29,181 nt of DNA from the IMG/VR virus record IMGVR_UViG_3300037851_000555, positions 1 through 29,181 of that record; one strand, 5' to 3'. Positions 1-7,069 of this stretch are shown in pieces. Positions within the stretch are counted from its first letter, which is position 1. The number at the start of each line of letters is the position of its first letter. The translations under genes and the position numbers were made by a program. Under the pieces are notes generated by a model. The model was given only the letters and a program-made list of their open reading frames with translations. It ran no database searches and had not been told where the DNA came from. The stretch is from a virus. Its lineage: Duplodnaviria; Caudoviricetes.

Positions 1-2
1 AG

Positions 3-146
3 GCTGATAGGCTGATGGAAATCGCAGATAGCCACCTACCATCCGACAAATACGCACAGGCAACAACCCTCCGAAGTAAGCTTGGGCGAAAGGCAATGTC
101 ACTGGAAGAGTTTAAAGCAGAGCTATCGAAGCTCGGCGTCGATTGA
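3..146 (+). CDS. 3' end of a hypothetical protein (truncated by window start)
   Basis: Open frame from 3 to TGA 144-146 (ADRLMEIADSHLPSDKYAQATTLRSKLGRKAMSLEEFKAELSKLGVD*), translated by hand. Confidence 0.55.
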   Translation, partial: ADRLMEIADSHLPSDKYAQATTLRSKLGRKAMSLEEFKAELSKLGVD

Positions 147-173
147 AATTATCAATCCCCCTCCTTCCACCCA

Positions 174-202
174 TTGACATCTCCCCCCGACATCGCCACA
201 AT
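174..202 (+). promoter_or_regulatory. sigma70-like promoter P1
   Basis: TTGACA (174-179), 17-nt spacer, CACAAT (197-202). Intergenic, upstream of SD AGGAGG and ATG 255. The same architecture recurs three more times. Confidence 0.75.
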
Positions 203-254
203 GTCCCCCATGGCGCGGCATTCGCCGCACCATCACCCAGCCCAGGAGGCTAAC

Positions 255-734
255 ATGTCAGACAACAAGGTTTGCAAAACCACCATCACCAGCGACGGCG
301 TCACCCTCGAGTTCGTTAACGGCACCACGCTTACCTGCAGCACCGCCGACCTGCCTGCGGAGACCATCGCCCAGGCCGCCCTCTTCGGCATCCGGAGGAA
401 GGTGACGAACTCCTTCGCCGACGCGAAGGGGAATGTTGAAGATGCGGTTCGCTGGGCAAAGGAGACCTGGGAACAGCTCCTCGCCGGCCAGTGGACCGCC
501 CCGAGAGAGACCTCCCCCAGCACCAAGGCCGCCAGCGACCTGGTCGAGGCCATCATGGCTATCACCGGCAAGGACCGCGCAGTCGTCGAGGCGAAGCTCG
601 ACGAACTGACCAAGGAAGGCCGGGCCGCCCTGCGGAAGAACCCCAGCGTCAACGCCAAGCTGCTGGAGATCCGCGCCGAGCGCGCCAAGGCCAAGCTGCC
701 CGAGGAAGAGATCAACGTCAACGAGCTGTTCTGA
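255..734 (+). CDS. hypothetical early protein, 159 aa (MSDNKVCKTT...EEEINVNELF)
   Basis: AGGAGG at 244-249 before ATG 255. Phage-like C/G-ending codon usage. The TTG 174 start in the ORF track is the -35 box. Confidence 0.85.
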   Translation: MSDNKVCKTTITSDGVTLEFVNGTTLTCSTADLPAETIAQAALFGIRRKVTNSFADAKGNVEDAVRWAKETWEQLLAGQWTAPRETSPSTKAASDLVEAIMAITGKDRAVVEAKLDELTKEGRAALRKNPSVNAKLLEIRAERAKAKLPEEEINVNELF

Positions 735-756
735 GGCTAACAGAACCAGCCCCACG

Positions 757-781
757 CCCCGGGGGCGCCAGCCCCCCGGGG
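757..781 (+). terminator. GC-rich stem-loop after first early gene (possible terminator or processing site)
   Basis: CCCCGGGGGC-GCCA-GCCCCCCGGGG inverted repeat 22 nt after the stop. No real U-tract. Confidence 0.4.
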
Positions 782-825
782 ATTCCCCCGGTGGTATGTT
801 CCCCATTTCCACCTTCAAAAAGTCC

Positions 826-854
826 TTGCATCCTCCCCCACACCATGCCACAAT
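826..854 (+). promoter_or_regulatory. sigma70-like promoter P2
   Basis: TTGCAT (826-831), 17-nt spacer, CACAAT (849-854) with TG extended -10. The downstream sequence parallels P1. Confidence 0.7.
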
Positions 855-900
855 GCCCCCCATGCGCGACCACCCGGCCGCGCCCAGGAGGCCCCCCACC

Positions 901-1398
901 ATGCCAGACCTTTGGGAAGAAATCTGCACCGCCGCCAGCGCCTACACTGCCCAGCAGAAGCGGGCGAAGCCCGCCGGCCGGGCGAGAGGGGCAACGCCCA
1001 CCAGCCCCGAAGACCAACGCGCCATCGAGCGCGCCCTGTTGGATGCCCTCTGCGGAGGTATGGTCCACTGGGTCAACAGCGCCCAGATCTTCATCATCCA
1101 CCATTGGCAATGCGCCTGCGGCGCGGAGGGCGCCTTTCCAAATCTAGACCCGCGTGGCCGCCTGGTCAGGCGCCACAATACCACAGGCACGTCCTGGATC
1201 TGCCACGACCCCAGCGACGATGCCCAAGGAGACACCATCGCCCTCCTTCCGCGGGAGTTCGAGCACCACTACCACAGGGTCGGATGGTGTCCCGCCTGCG
1301 TTAGGGAGACCGGTCCCCAGGCCTCCCTCCAGTTAACCCCCAAGATTCGCGCGCACGTCAGCCCTGGGCAGGCAGTACGCCCCCGCTGCTACGTCTGA
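901..1398 (+). CDS. hypothetical protein with putative Zn-binding Cys pairs, 165 aa
   Basis: AGGAGG SD before ATG 901 (MPDLWEEIC). Motifs WQCACG and WCPAC. Confidence 0.7.
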   Translation: MPDLWEEICTAASAYTAQQKRAKPAGRARGATPTSPEDQRAIERALLDALCGGMVHWVNSAQIFIIHHWQCACGAEGAFPNLDPRGRLVRRHNTTGTSWICHDPSDDAQGDTIALLPREFEHHYHRVGWCPACVRETGPQASLQLTPKIRAHVSPGQAVRPRCYV

Positions 1399-1425
1399 CA
1401 GAGGGTAGAAGAGGAGAAAGAGACA

Positions 1426-1500
1426 ATGAAATATGACGCACTCATCGAATCTCGCATCGAGACAGAATCAGCCCTCGCCGGGCTGCGGTTCGACAACTAG
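1426..1500 (+). CDS. small ORF, 24 aa (MKYDALIESRIETESALAGLRFDN)
   Basis: GAGGAG at 1411-1416, ATG 1426, TAG 1498-1500. Fills the gap between neighbouring genes. Confidence 0.45.
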   Translation: MKYDALIESRIETESALAGLRFDN

Positions 1501-1512
1501 GAGCCCCAGAGT

Positions 1513-1761
1513 ATGACACTCTCAATCCATTCTATCAGACAGTCCCGTATTGAAATAGACAACCTACGAGGCAAGATAAGCTTCGTGGTAGATATGTCAG
1601 AAGAACAGTTGCAAGAGTTTATCCTGTTAATCGGCAATCCCTGGGTTGACCGCATCGTGAAGAGAAGCTGGGCCCAGAAGCTGCTCAACATCAGCCACGC
1701 GGAGGCCGTAGAACTCGTGGACGCCGCGACCAACTACCACAGAAACGCCTACGATGCCTGA
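1513..1761 (+). CDS. hypothetical protein, 82 aa
   Basis: AGGAG overlapping the upstream TAG. Lower GC than neighbours. Confidence 0.65.
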   Translation: MTLSIHSIRQSRIEIDNLRGKISFVVDMSEEQLQEFILLIGNPWVDRIVKRSWAQKLLNISHAEAVELVDAATNYHRNAYDA

Positions 1762-1882
1762 CAACAACAGAACCACCCCCACTGCCTCCATCCCCGCGCT
1801 CCCCCTCTCCGAGGCCCGCGAGGCCTTCGAGGCCCGGCTGGACCACCCCCCATCCTCCAGCCCACAACCCAGGAGAACCATC

Positions 1883-2158
1883 ATGCCCCAGCTCAGCCTC
1901 CCTTGCCCCGACTCGCTCGAGCTCCTCGTAGACTTCGACTACCAGCCCGCCGAGCCGCCCGAGCGCGGCCCCGAGGCCCAATACCCCGGCTGCGCGGAGT
2001 CCCTCGAGATCGAGCACGTCACGCTTAATGGAATGGAGATCGCCGGCCTCCTCACCGAGGCCCAGCTTTCCGAGATCGAGGTCTTTATTTGGGACTACCT
2101 CGACAGCGGGCGCCGCGCCAACGCCATGCAGGACGACACCGGCTTCACCTTCAAGTAG
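1883..2158 (+). CDS. acidic phage hypothetical protein, 91 aa (alternative start 1754)
   Basis: AGGAG at 1871-1875 before ATG 1883. The DYQPAEP...YPGC pattern resembles small phage early proteins. Confidence 0.7.
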   Translation: MPQLSLPCPDSLELLVDFDYQPAEPPERGPEAQYPGCAESLEIEHVTLNGMEIAGLLTEAQLSEIEVFIWDYLDSGRRANAMQDDTGFTFK

Positions 2159-2207
2159 CGGAACCAGCCCCCACCCTCCATCCTCCACCCTCCACAGGAG
2201 CACCCCC

Positions 2208-2699
2208 ATGTCACAGTTCACCGAAGCCATCCGCACGCAGCGCGCTCAGCTCATCGCGCGTTTTGACGCCCTCCTCCGTCTCCGCAACATCGACCCTGAG
2301 ACCCTCGACCGCGACACCCACTACGCCATCTTCAAGCTCGCCGGCCTCGTCGCCCAGGAGTTCCCCAACGCCGAGGTCAAATACCACTGGACAAGGGAGC
2401 TCATCACCTACCACCTCCCCACCCCCTGGGAGACCCAGCAGGACCCACACTGGCTCGTCGAGTGCCCAAGGCTCGAGGCCCCCTACGACGAGGTCCTTCC
2501 AGCCCCCGACGCCATCTTGCTCGTCTCATCCTCCGCCACAATGCTCTCCGTCCGTCGCCAGTTCCGCGTCGATGACATCATCGCCGCTGTTAACATCGAA
2601 GCCGAGGTGCCACCGGAGGACATAGTCCTCCTCCGAGCCATCGGTAAGATTGAGGATGTTCTCGAGCCCGGCTACGTCCGGACAACCTCCACCTGCTAA
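2208..2699 (+). CDS. hypothetical protein, 163 aa
   Basis: AGGAG at 2196-2200, ATG 2208 (MSQFTEAIR). Typical codon usage. Confidence 0.8.
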   Translation: MSQFTEAIRTQRAQLIARFDALLRLRNIDPETLDRDTHYAIFKLAGLVAQEFPNAEVKYHWTRELITYHLPTPWETQQDPHWLVECPRLEAPYDEVLPAPDAILLVSSSATMLSVRRQFRVDDIIAAVNIEAEVPPEDIVLLRAIGKIEDVLEPGYVRTTSTC

Positions 2700-2716
2700 C
2701 CCCCCGGAGACCGCGC

Positions 2717-2968
2717 ATGCCTCGCCTCGGTAGACCCCCCAAGCCAGAGCCCACCTACCAGTGGTGCTTCCGCATCCCCGCTTCGCTGTCAGCAAAGTGG
2801 GACCTCGTCCTCGTGGACCCGGTAACCGGCCGCATCAACCCGAACGTGAAGCAGGAGATCTTCATCCCCATCCTTTACCGCGTCTGGGAGGCCGCCATGA
2901 GCGGCCAGTCCACCATCGACATCAGCGACATCGTCGCACATATCAACGAGAGAATGGCCCCGCTATGA
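2717..2968 (+). CDS. putative ribbon-helix-helix-like DNA-binding protein, 83 aa
   Basis: Basic N-terminal arm RLGRPPK, then an alternating beta strand (YQWCFRIP) and a helix (ASLSAKWD). GGAG SD. Confidence 0.5.
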   Translation: MPRLGRPPKPEPTYQWCFRIPASLSAKWDLVLVDPVTGRINPNVKQEIFIPILYRVWEAAMSGQSTIDISDIVAHINERMAPL

Positions 2969-3159
2969 CCAGCGAAACCACAACCCGCATCATCTCCCTC
3001 TGGCGCCTCGCCCTCCGCCTGCGGAGGGTTACAGAGTCCAGCGACTGGCGCCCCCCCACCGGCGCCGAGGCCCGGTCGATCAACCACGAACTCGATTCCA
3101 TCTCCGACGAGATCGAACGTGTGATTTGGAGGCTCGATGACCTGCGCGCTAAGTCCTGA
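2965..3159 (+). CDS. hypothetical protein, 64 aa
   Basis: ATGA overlap with the upstream stop. Helical, coiled-coil-like sequence. Confidence 0.65.
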   Translation: MTSETTTRIISLWRLALRLRRVTESSDWRPPTGAEARSINHELDSISDEIERVIWRLDDLRAKS

Positions 3160-3343
3160 GATCCTGACCACCGAGACCCCACTATCCCCGGACGAGCGCC
3201 TGGAACTTTATCGCCGCAAGCGCAGCGCGATGAAGCTTCAGGACTGGTGGTCATTAACCCACGACGGCGAGGCCCTTATCGTCGATGACGTCCTCCTCGA
3301 TCTGCGCCAACCGCCGCCCCCCTGCCGAAGGCAGGCTTCTTGA
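3137..3343 (+). CDS. hypothetical protein, 68 aa
   Basis: GGAGG immediately upstream of ATG 3137. Fills the gap to the next promoter. Confidence 0.55.
   Translation: MTCALSPEILTTETPLSPDERLELYRRKRSAMKLQDWWSLTHDGEALIVDDVLLDLRQPPPPCRRQAS
3321..3341 (+). terminator. putative intrinsic terminator abutting promoter P3
   Basis: CCTGCC-GAA-GGCAGG hairpin (3321-3335) followed by CTTCTT. Confidence 0.4.
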
Positions 3344-3369
3344 CATTCTGGGGCGAACCGTTCCACAAT
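3340..3369 (+). promoter_or_regulatory. sigma70-like promoter P3
   Basis: TTGACA (3340-3345), 18-nt spacer, CACAAT (3364-3369). Confidence 0.65.
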
Positions 3370-3398
3370 ATTCCCCACACCACCCACCGGAGCCATCC

Positions 3399-3647
3399 AT
3401 GACCCCCGAAACACTCGCAAGAATCAACGACCTCCGCCAGCGCGTCGTCGAGGCAGACGCCGCCAAGCGCGCCGGAGACTTCGACCGGGCCCGCGCGCTT
3501 GAGCCCACTACAGAGGAGATCATCGCCGCCCTTGAACAGACCCGCGCCGATCGTACCTCCGGCATGCAGGCCCGCGTTGCGAAGGCCGAGGCGAAGATGG
3601 AGAAATCTCGCCTCTCCACCATCGACCTCAATGAGCTGTTCAACTGA
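3399..3647 (+). CDS. hypothetical helical protein, 82 aa (...STIDLNELFN)
   Basis: GGAG SD and ATG 3399 (MTPETLARI), directly downstream of P3. Confidence 0.8.
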   Translation: MTPETLARINDLRQRVVEADAAKRAGDFDRARALEPTTEEIIAALEQTRADRTSGMQARVAKAEAKMEKSRLSTIDLNELFN

Positions 3648-3658
3648 GACCCGCCGCT

Positions 3659-3946
3659 ATGCCGAACAGTCCTGACATTGGAAAGTATCCTGTCCTCCTC
3701 CTCGACGCCTTCCACAAGGCGGGGGAGGAAGATCCCGTTGTCATCGAGTGCTCCTCTCCCAGCGCCGCGAAGAACCTCCGCGGCCTATGCTACACGCTCC
3801 GCCGCCTGCTATCCTCCAGCCCCGAGCCCTGGCACACGGAGCTGGCGACGTACGTCGCCAAGCGCAAGTTCTACATCGACGGCAGCAACCTAGTCATATC
3901 CTCCCCCATGTACCAAGCCCAACTCGGAATCAGGAGCCTTCAATGA
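3659..3946 (+). CDS. hypothetical protein, 95 aa
   Basis: Follows the previous stop by 11 nt and has an ATGA overlap with the next gene. Confidence 0.7.
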   Translation: MPNSPDIGKYPVLLLDAFHKAGEEDPVVIECSSPSAAKNLRGLCYTLRRLLSSSPEPWHTELATYVAKRKFYIDGSNLVISSPMYQAQLGIRSLQ

Positions 3947-4332
3947 CCCACGCCAGCATCGTCCAGCGCGCCTTCGAAGTCGCCGAGGTCCTTGAAGATC
4001 CCGATGGCTACAGAATCCTCTCTTCCGCAGCAAGACTTCTCGACCTGCAGGTCCTGGCACCATTCGACGGTGAGGGGGACGACGACGCCCCCCTCACGCA
4101 CCTCATCGGCCTGTGCAAGGATGGCAGCATCTTCTTCATCTCCATCAAGCCGCAGGAGAACTCCGAGGCCGAAACTTGGGAAATCTTCTCCTTCCCCGAC
4201 GCTCTCGAGTTCGAGAAATTCCTCCACCACCCCCTTGGAGAAAAGCACGTCCCCCCGGCCACCCTCAAGGCATTGTTGTCCTCCTACTCCAAGCTTCATC
4301 TCATCCAGTCTCTGGAGCCCGGCCATGCTTGA
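3943..4332 (+). CDS. hypothetical protein, 129 aa
   Basis: AGGAG SD and ATGA-coupled start (MTHASIVQR). Confidence 0.75.
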   Translation: MTHASIVQRAFEVAEVLEDPDGYRILSSAARLLDLQVLAPFDGEGDDDAPLTHLIGLCKDGSIFFISIKPQENSEAETWEIFSFPDALEFEKFLHHPLGEKHVPPATLKALLSSYSKLHLIQSLEPGHA

Positions 4333-5224
4333 AGCCGCCCTCTTCCCCGAAGTCATCGACAGCACCATGCTGTCCGACTACCTCGCGTGCCCCCGCAAGT
4401 TCCAGTGGGGCTACATGCGGAAGCTCCAGTCGAACAAGCCCAGCATCCATCTCCACTTCGGCGGGGCATTCGCCGCTGCTCTCGACGCCACTCGTCAGGC
4501 CTTTTGGGGCGCCAGCCTCTCAGAACCCGAGGCCCTCGCCAAGGGCTTCATCTCCCTCTGCCTCCACTGGGGCGACGAGGAGCTGGACAGCTTCCCACCC
4601 AAGACCTTCTTCACCTGCGTGGAGCTTCTTGTCTACTACGCCGAGATCCACCCATTCGCCATTGACCCGATCCAGCCCTTCCGCAGGCTCGACGGCACGC
4701 CCGCGACGGAGTTCACATTCGCCATCCCCCTGGAGACGAAGCACCCCGACACTGACCAGCCCATCATCTACGCGGGCCGGTTTGACCTCCTTGGCCAGTA
4801 CAACAACAACCTCTTCGTCGTGGACGAGAAAACCACCTCCCAGCTCGGCCCGAGCTTCATGTCCCAATGGAACCTCCGAGGCCAGTTCATCGGTTACTGC
4901 TGGGCGGCGCAGCAGTACGGCTACCCAGTCGTCGGGGCCGTCGTTCGGGGGCTTTGCATCCGCTCCACTGGCTTCGACCACGCCGAGCCCATCATCTACG
5001 CCCCAGCGTGGCTCATTGAGGAGTGGCGTAGGCACGTGGAGCACACCATCTCCCGCATGATCATGGACTGGAAGGCATCCTACTGGGACAAGAACTTCGA
5101 CAACGCCTGTACGCACTACGGAGGCTGCCAGTTCCGGCAGCTCTGCGAGACGAACAACCCCGAGCCCTGGATCGAGACGCACTACCAACGCAGGACCTGG
5201 AACCCCCTTCACAAGGGAGACTGA
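4325..5224 (+). CDS. PD-(D/E)xK exonuclease, Cas4/RecB/AddB-like with Fe-S cysteines, 299 aa
   Basis: LACPRKF, HFGGAF, GRFDLL, VVDEKTT, QFIGY, and C-terminal C-x5-C-x5-C (CTHYGGCQFRQLC). GGAG SD before ATG 4325. Confidence 0.9.
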   Translation: MLEAALFPEVIDSTMLSDYLACPRKFQWGYMRKLQSNKPSIHLHFGGAFAAALDATRQAFWGASLSEPEALAKGFISLCLHWGDEELDSFPPKTFFTCVELLVYYAEIHPFAIDPIQPFRRLDGTPATEFTFAIPLETKHPDTDQPIIYAGRFDLLGQYNNNLFVVDEKTTSQLGPSFMSQWNLRGQFIGYCWAAQQYGYPVVGAVVRGLCIRSTGFDHAEPIIYAPAWLIEEWRRHVEHTISRMIMDWKASYWDKNFDNACTHYGGCQFRQLCETNNPEPWIETHYQRRTWNPLHKGD

Positions 5225-5225
5225 C

Positions 5226-5528
5226 ATGCCTCAGTTCCAGTGGTTCCTCTACAACCAGCCAATGGGCACGACCGAGCGACCACAGGGCGTCGCAGCATTC
5301 CAGGTCCTCTGCCCATCCTGCGGCAGCATCTGGGCTCGATGCGAGCCCGCGACTGGCGCGAAGGCCCATTGGGTTGCCTCCCACCGCCGATGCCCAGCCT
5401 GCAGCCCCGGCAGCCTCGCGGGCGCCGACTGGATGACGCACCCATACAATCCCTTCCGCCTACCTTTCGCCCTTCTAGTCCGCGAGCTCGACCTTGCATC
5501 CTCCCACCCCGACACGTACAATCCATAG
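5226..5528 (+). CDS. putative zinc-ribbon protein, 100 aa
   Basis: CPSCG and CPAC pairs. SD AAGGGAG inside the upstream gene end. Confidence 0.7.
   Translation: MPQFQWFLYNQPMGTTERPQGVAAFQVLCPSCGSIWARCEPATGAKAHWVASHRRCPACSPGSLAGADWMTHPYNPFRLPFALLVRELDLASSHPDTYNP
5494..5522 (+). promoter_or_regulatory. sigma70-like promoter P4 (inside the 3' end of the Zn-ribbon gene)
   Basis: TTGCAT (5494-5499), 17-nt spacer, TACAAT (5517-5522). Shares CCTTGCATCCTCCC with P2 and lies 26 nt upstream of the ATPase start. Confidence 0.65.
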
Positions 5529-5548
5529 CCCAACCTGGAGAACCCCAC

Positions 5549-6346
5549 ATGCCATCGCACGGAACGAACACGCTCCTCCTCGGTGCAACAGGAACAGGAA
5601 AAACCTACTGCCTCCGAACCCTTGTTGACGCGGGCCTGGAGGTTTTCATCATCAGCACGGAGCCCGGCATATCCTCCACCCTCGGCGACACCGATCCCTC
5701 GAAGGTCCACTGGCACTACATCGCCCCGGCGACAGCCTCCTGGGCCGATATGATCCAGTCCGCTGAGCGCATCAACCAGCTCTCCTTCGAGGCGCTGACC
5801 AAGCTCCCCGACATCAATAAGCGGAAGTATCACGAGTTCATGGACGTTCTCACCACCTGTAATGACTTCGTCGATGATCGCACAGGCACCCACTTCGGCG
5901 ACGTCAGCACGTGGGGGGCAGACCGGGCTCTCGTGCTGGACAGCCTCAGCGGCCTGAACGTCATGGCGATGAACCTCGTGGTCGGCAGCAAACCGGTGAA
6001 GAGCATGGCCGATTGGGGTGTCGCTATGGACAACCTCGAGCGATTCATCACCAAGCTCACTACCGACACGCAGTGCTTCTTCATCCTCACAGCCCACGTC
6101 GAGCGGGAGACTGACGAGATGACGGGCGGCACACAGCTCATGGCCAGCACACTTGGCCGCAAGCTCGCCCCCCGGCTGCCTCGGTTCTTCGACGATGTGA
6201 TTCATTGCAAACGTGAGGGAGACAAGTTCACCTGGGCAACAGACACTATCAACATCGACCTCAAGGCCCGCAATCTCCCACTCCGCGGCGGCCTCGCGCC
6301 GTCGTTTACTCAGATCATCTCCGAATGGAGGAAAAAGTCCCAGTGA
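5549..6346 (+). CDS. AAA_24 / Sak4-like P-loop ATPase (recombination mediator), 265 aa
   Basis: Walker A GATGTGKT, STEPG, Walker B LVLDSLS, ILTAHVE, FDDV. Typical position between the nuclease and the SSB. Confidence 0.85.
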   Translation: MPSHGTNTLLLGATGTGKTYCLRTLVDAGLEVFIISTEPGISSTLGDTDPSKVHWHYIAPATASWADMIQSAERINQLSFEALTKLPDINKRKYHEFMDVLTTCNDFVDDRTGTHFGDVSTWGADRALVLDSLSGLNVMAMNLVVGSKPVKSMADWGVAMDNLERFITKLTTDTQCFFILTAHVERETDEMTGGTQLMASTLGRKLAPRLPRFFDDVIHCKREGDKFTWATDTINIDLKARNLPLRGGLAPSFTQIISEWRKKSQ

Positions 6347-6420
6347 ACGCTAAGAAAGAGCCCAACCCGTTCCCGATGAAGAAGCCCAACCGGCCCGGCA
6401 AGGGTAAGAAGGGCTGTTGA
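6343..6420 (+). CDS. small Lys/Pro-rich peptide, 25 aa (MNAKKEPNPFPMKKPNRPGKGKKGC)
   Basis: GTGA overlap with the ATPase stop and GGAGG at 6327-6331. Five of six Lys codons are AAG. Confidence 0.5.
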   Translation: MNAKKEPNPFPMKKPNRPGKGKKGC

Positions 6421-6548
6421 CCGAGCACGCGCTCCGGGCGGAGGCCCCGAGGTATCTGGCGCGATGGGGGAGGTCCTTCTCCCTTCCCCCTCCATCGTGG
6501 GAACCTAACGCCCCCACTTCAACCAGCAACCAACCGAGGTATCATTCC

Positions 6549-6980
6549 ATGTTCAACACCGAAACCTTCCTCCAGACCACCTTCACCGAGGAGAACTCCA
6601 CCCGCCGCGAGCCAGTCCCCGTTGGCGAATACCAGGCAACCTGCGAAGCCATCAAGCCAGAGGTCACCCAGAATGGCAACCCCCTCCTCCGCGTCACATG
6701 GAAGCTGATCTCCTTCGACAACGAGGAGGTCAACAACCGACTCATTGATCAGACGATCTGGCTTGACACGACGCCCACCGGCGCGCTTGATATGTCCAAG
6801 GGCAAGAACATCGGCCTTGGCCGACTGCGCGAGGCGGCCGGGCAGAACATCCCCGGCGAGCCCTGGTCGCCCAGCATGGTCATCGGCTCCGTCGCCACCG
6901 TCACTGTCAGCCACCGCGCTGACAAGGACAACGCAGAGATCATCTACGATCAGATCAAGTCCGTGACCAAGCCTCAGTAG
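6549..6980 (+). CDS. DUF669-like putative single-stranded DNA-binding protein, 143 aa
   Basis: EPVPVGEYQAT...LLRVTWK beta-rich OB-fold-like pattern, GAGGT SD, and position directly after the AAA_24 ATPase. Confidence 0.7.
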   Translation: MFNTETFLQTTFTEENSTRREPVPVGEYQATCEAIKPEVTQNGNPLLRVTWKLISFDNEEVNNRLIDQTIWLDTTPTGALDMSKGKNIGLGRLREAAGQNIPGEPWSPSMVIGSVATVTVSHRADKDNAEIIYDQIKSVTKPQ

Positions 6981-6997
6981 CTTACACCCCACCCCGG

Positions 6998-7050
6998 GCC
7001 TGCGTTGTTGCCCCGTGACGCAGGCACCCCTCCCACCGGCCAACGGGGCG
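6998..7050 (+). other. predicted H-type RNA pseudoknot, intergenic
   Basis: GCCTGCGT (6998-7005) pairs with ACGCAGGC (7018-7025). Loop GCCCCGT (7010-7016) pairs with ACGGGGC (7043-7049). Confidence 0.55.
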
Positions 7051-7069
7051 CTTTCATTGGGAGACTTTC

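Noticed and set aside
1426-1761. Amber readthrough or recoded TAG joining the 24-aa and 82-aa ORFs
   Set aside because: The ORFs are in frame, but TAGGAG provides the SD for ATG 1513, and other TAG codons in the window behave as normal gene ends.
2514-2543. GCCACAATG as a fifth promoter
   Set aside because: It lies mid-gene and has no -35-like hexamer at 17-18 nt spacing.
3321-3335. N4-type virion RNA polymerase hairpin promoter (C-GAA-G loop)
   Set aside because: Single occurrence, no RNA polymerase motifs recognised in the large virion protein, and an adjacent sigma70 promoter explains the site.
4325-5224. CRISPR-Cas system suggested by the Cas4-like nuclease
   Set aside because: No repeat-spacer array or other cas genes. 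The context (AAA_24 ATPase, SSB) is a standard phage recombination module.
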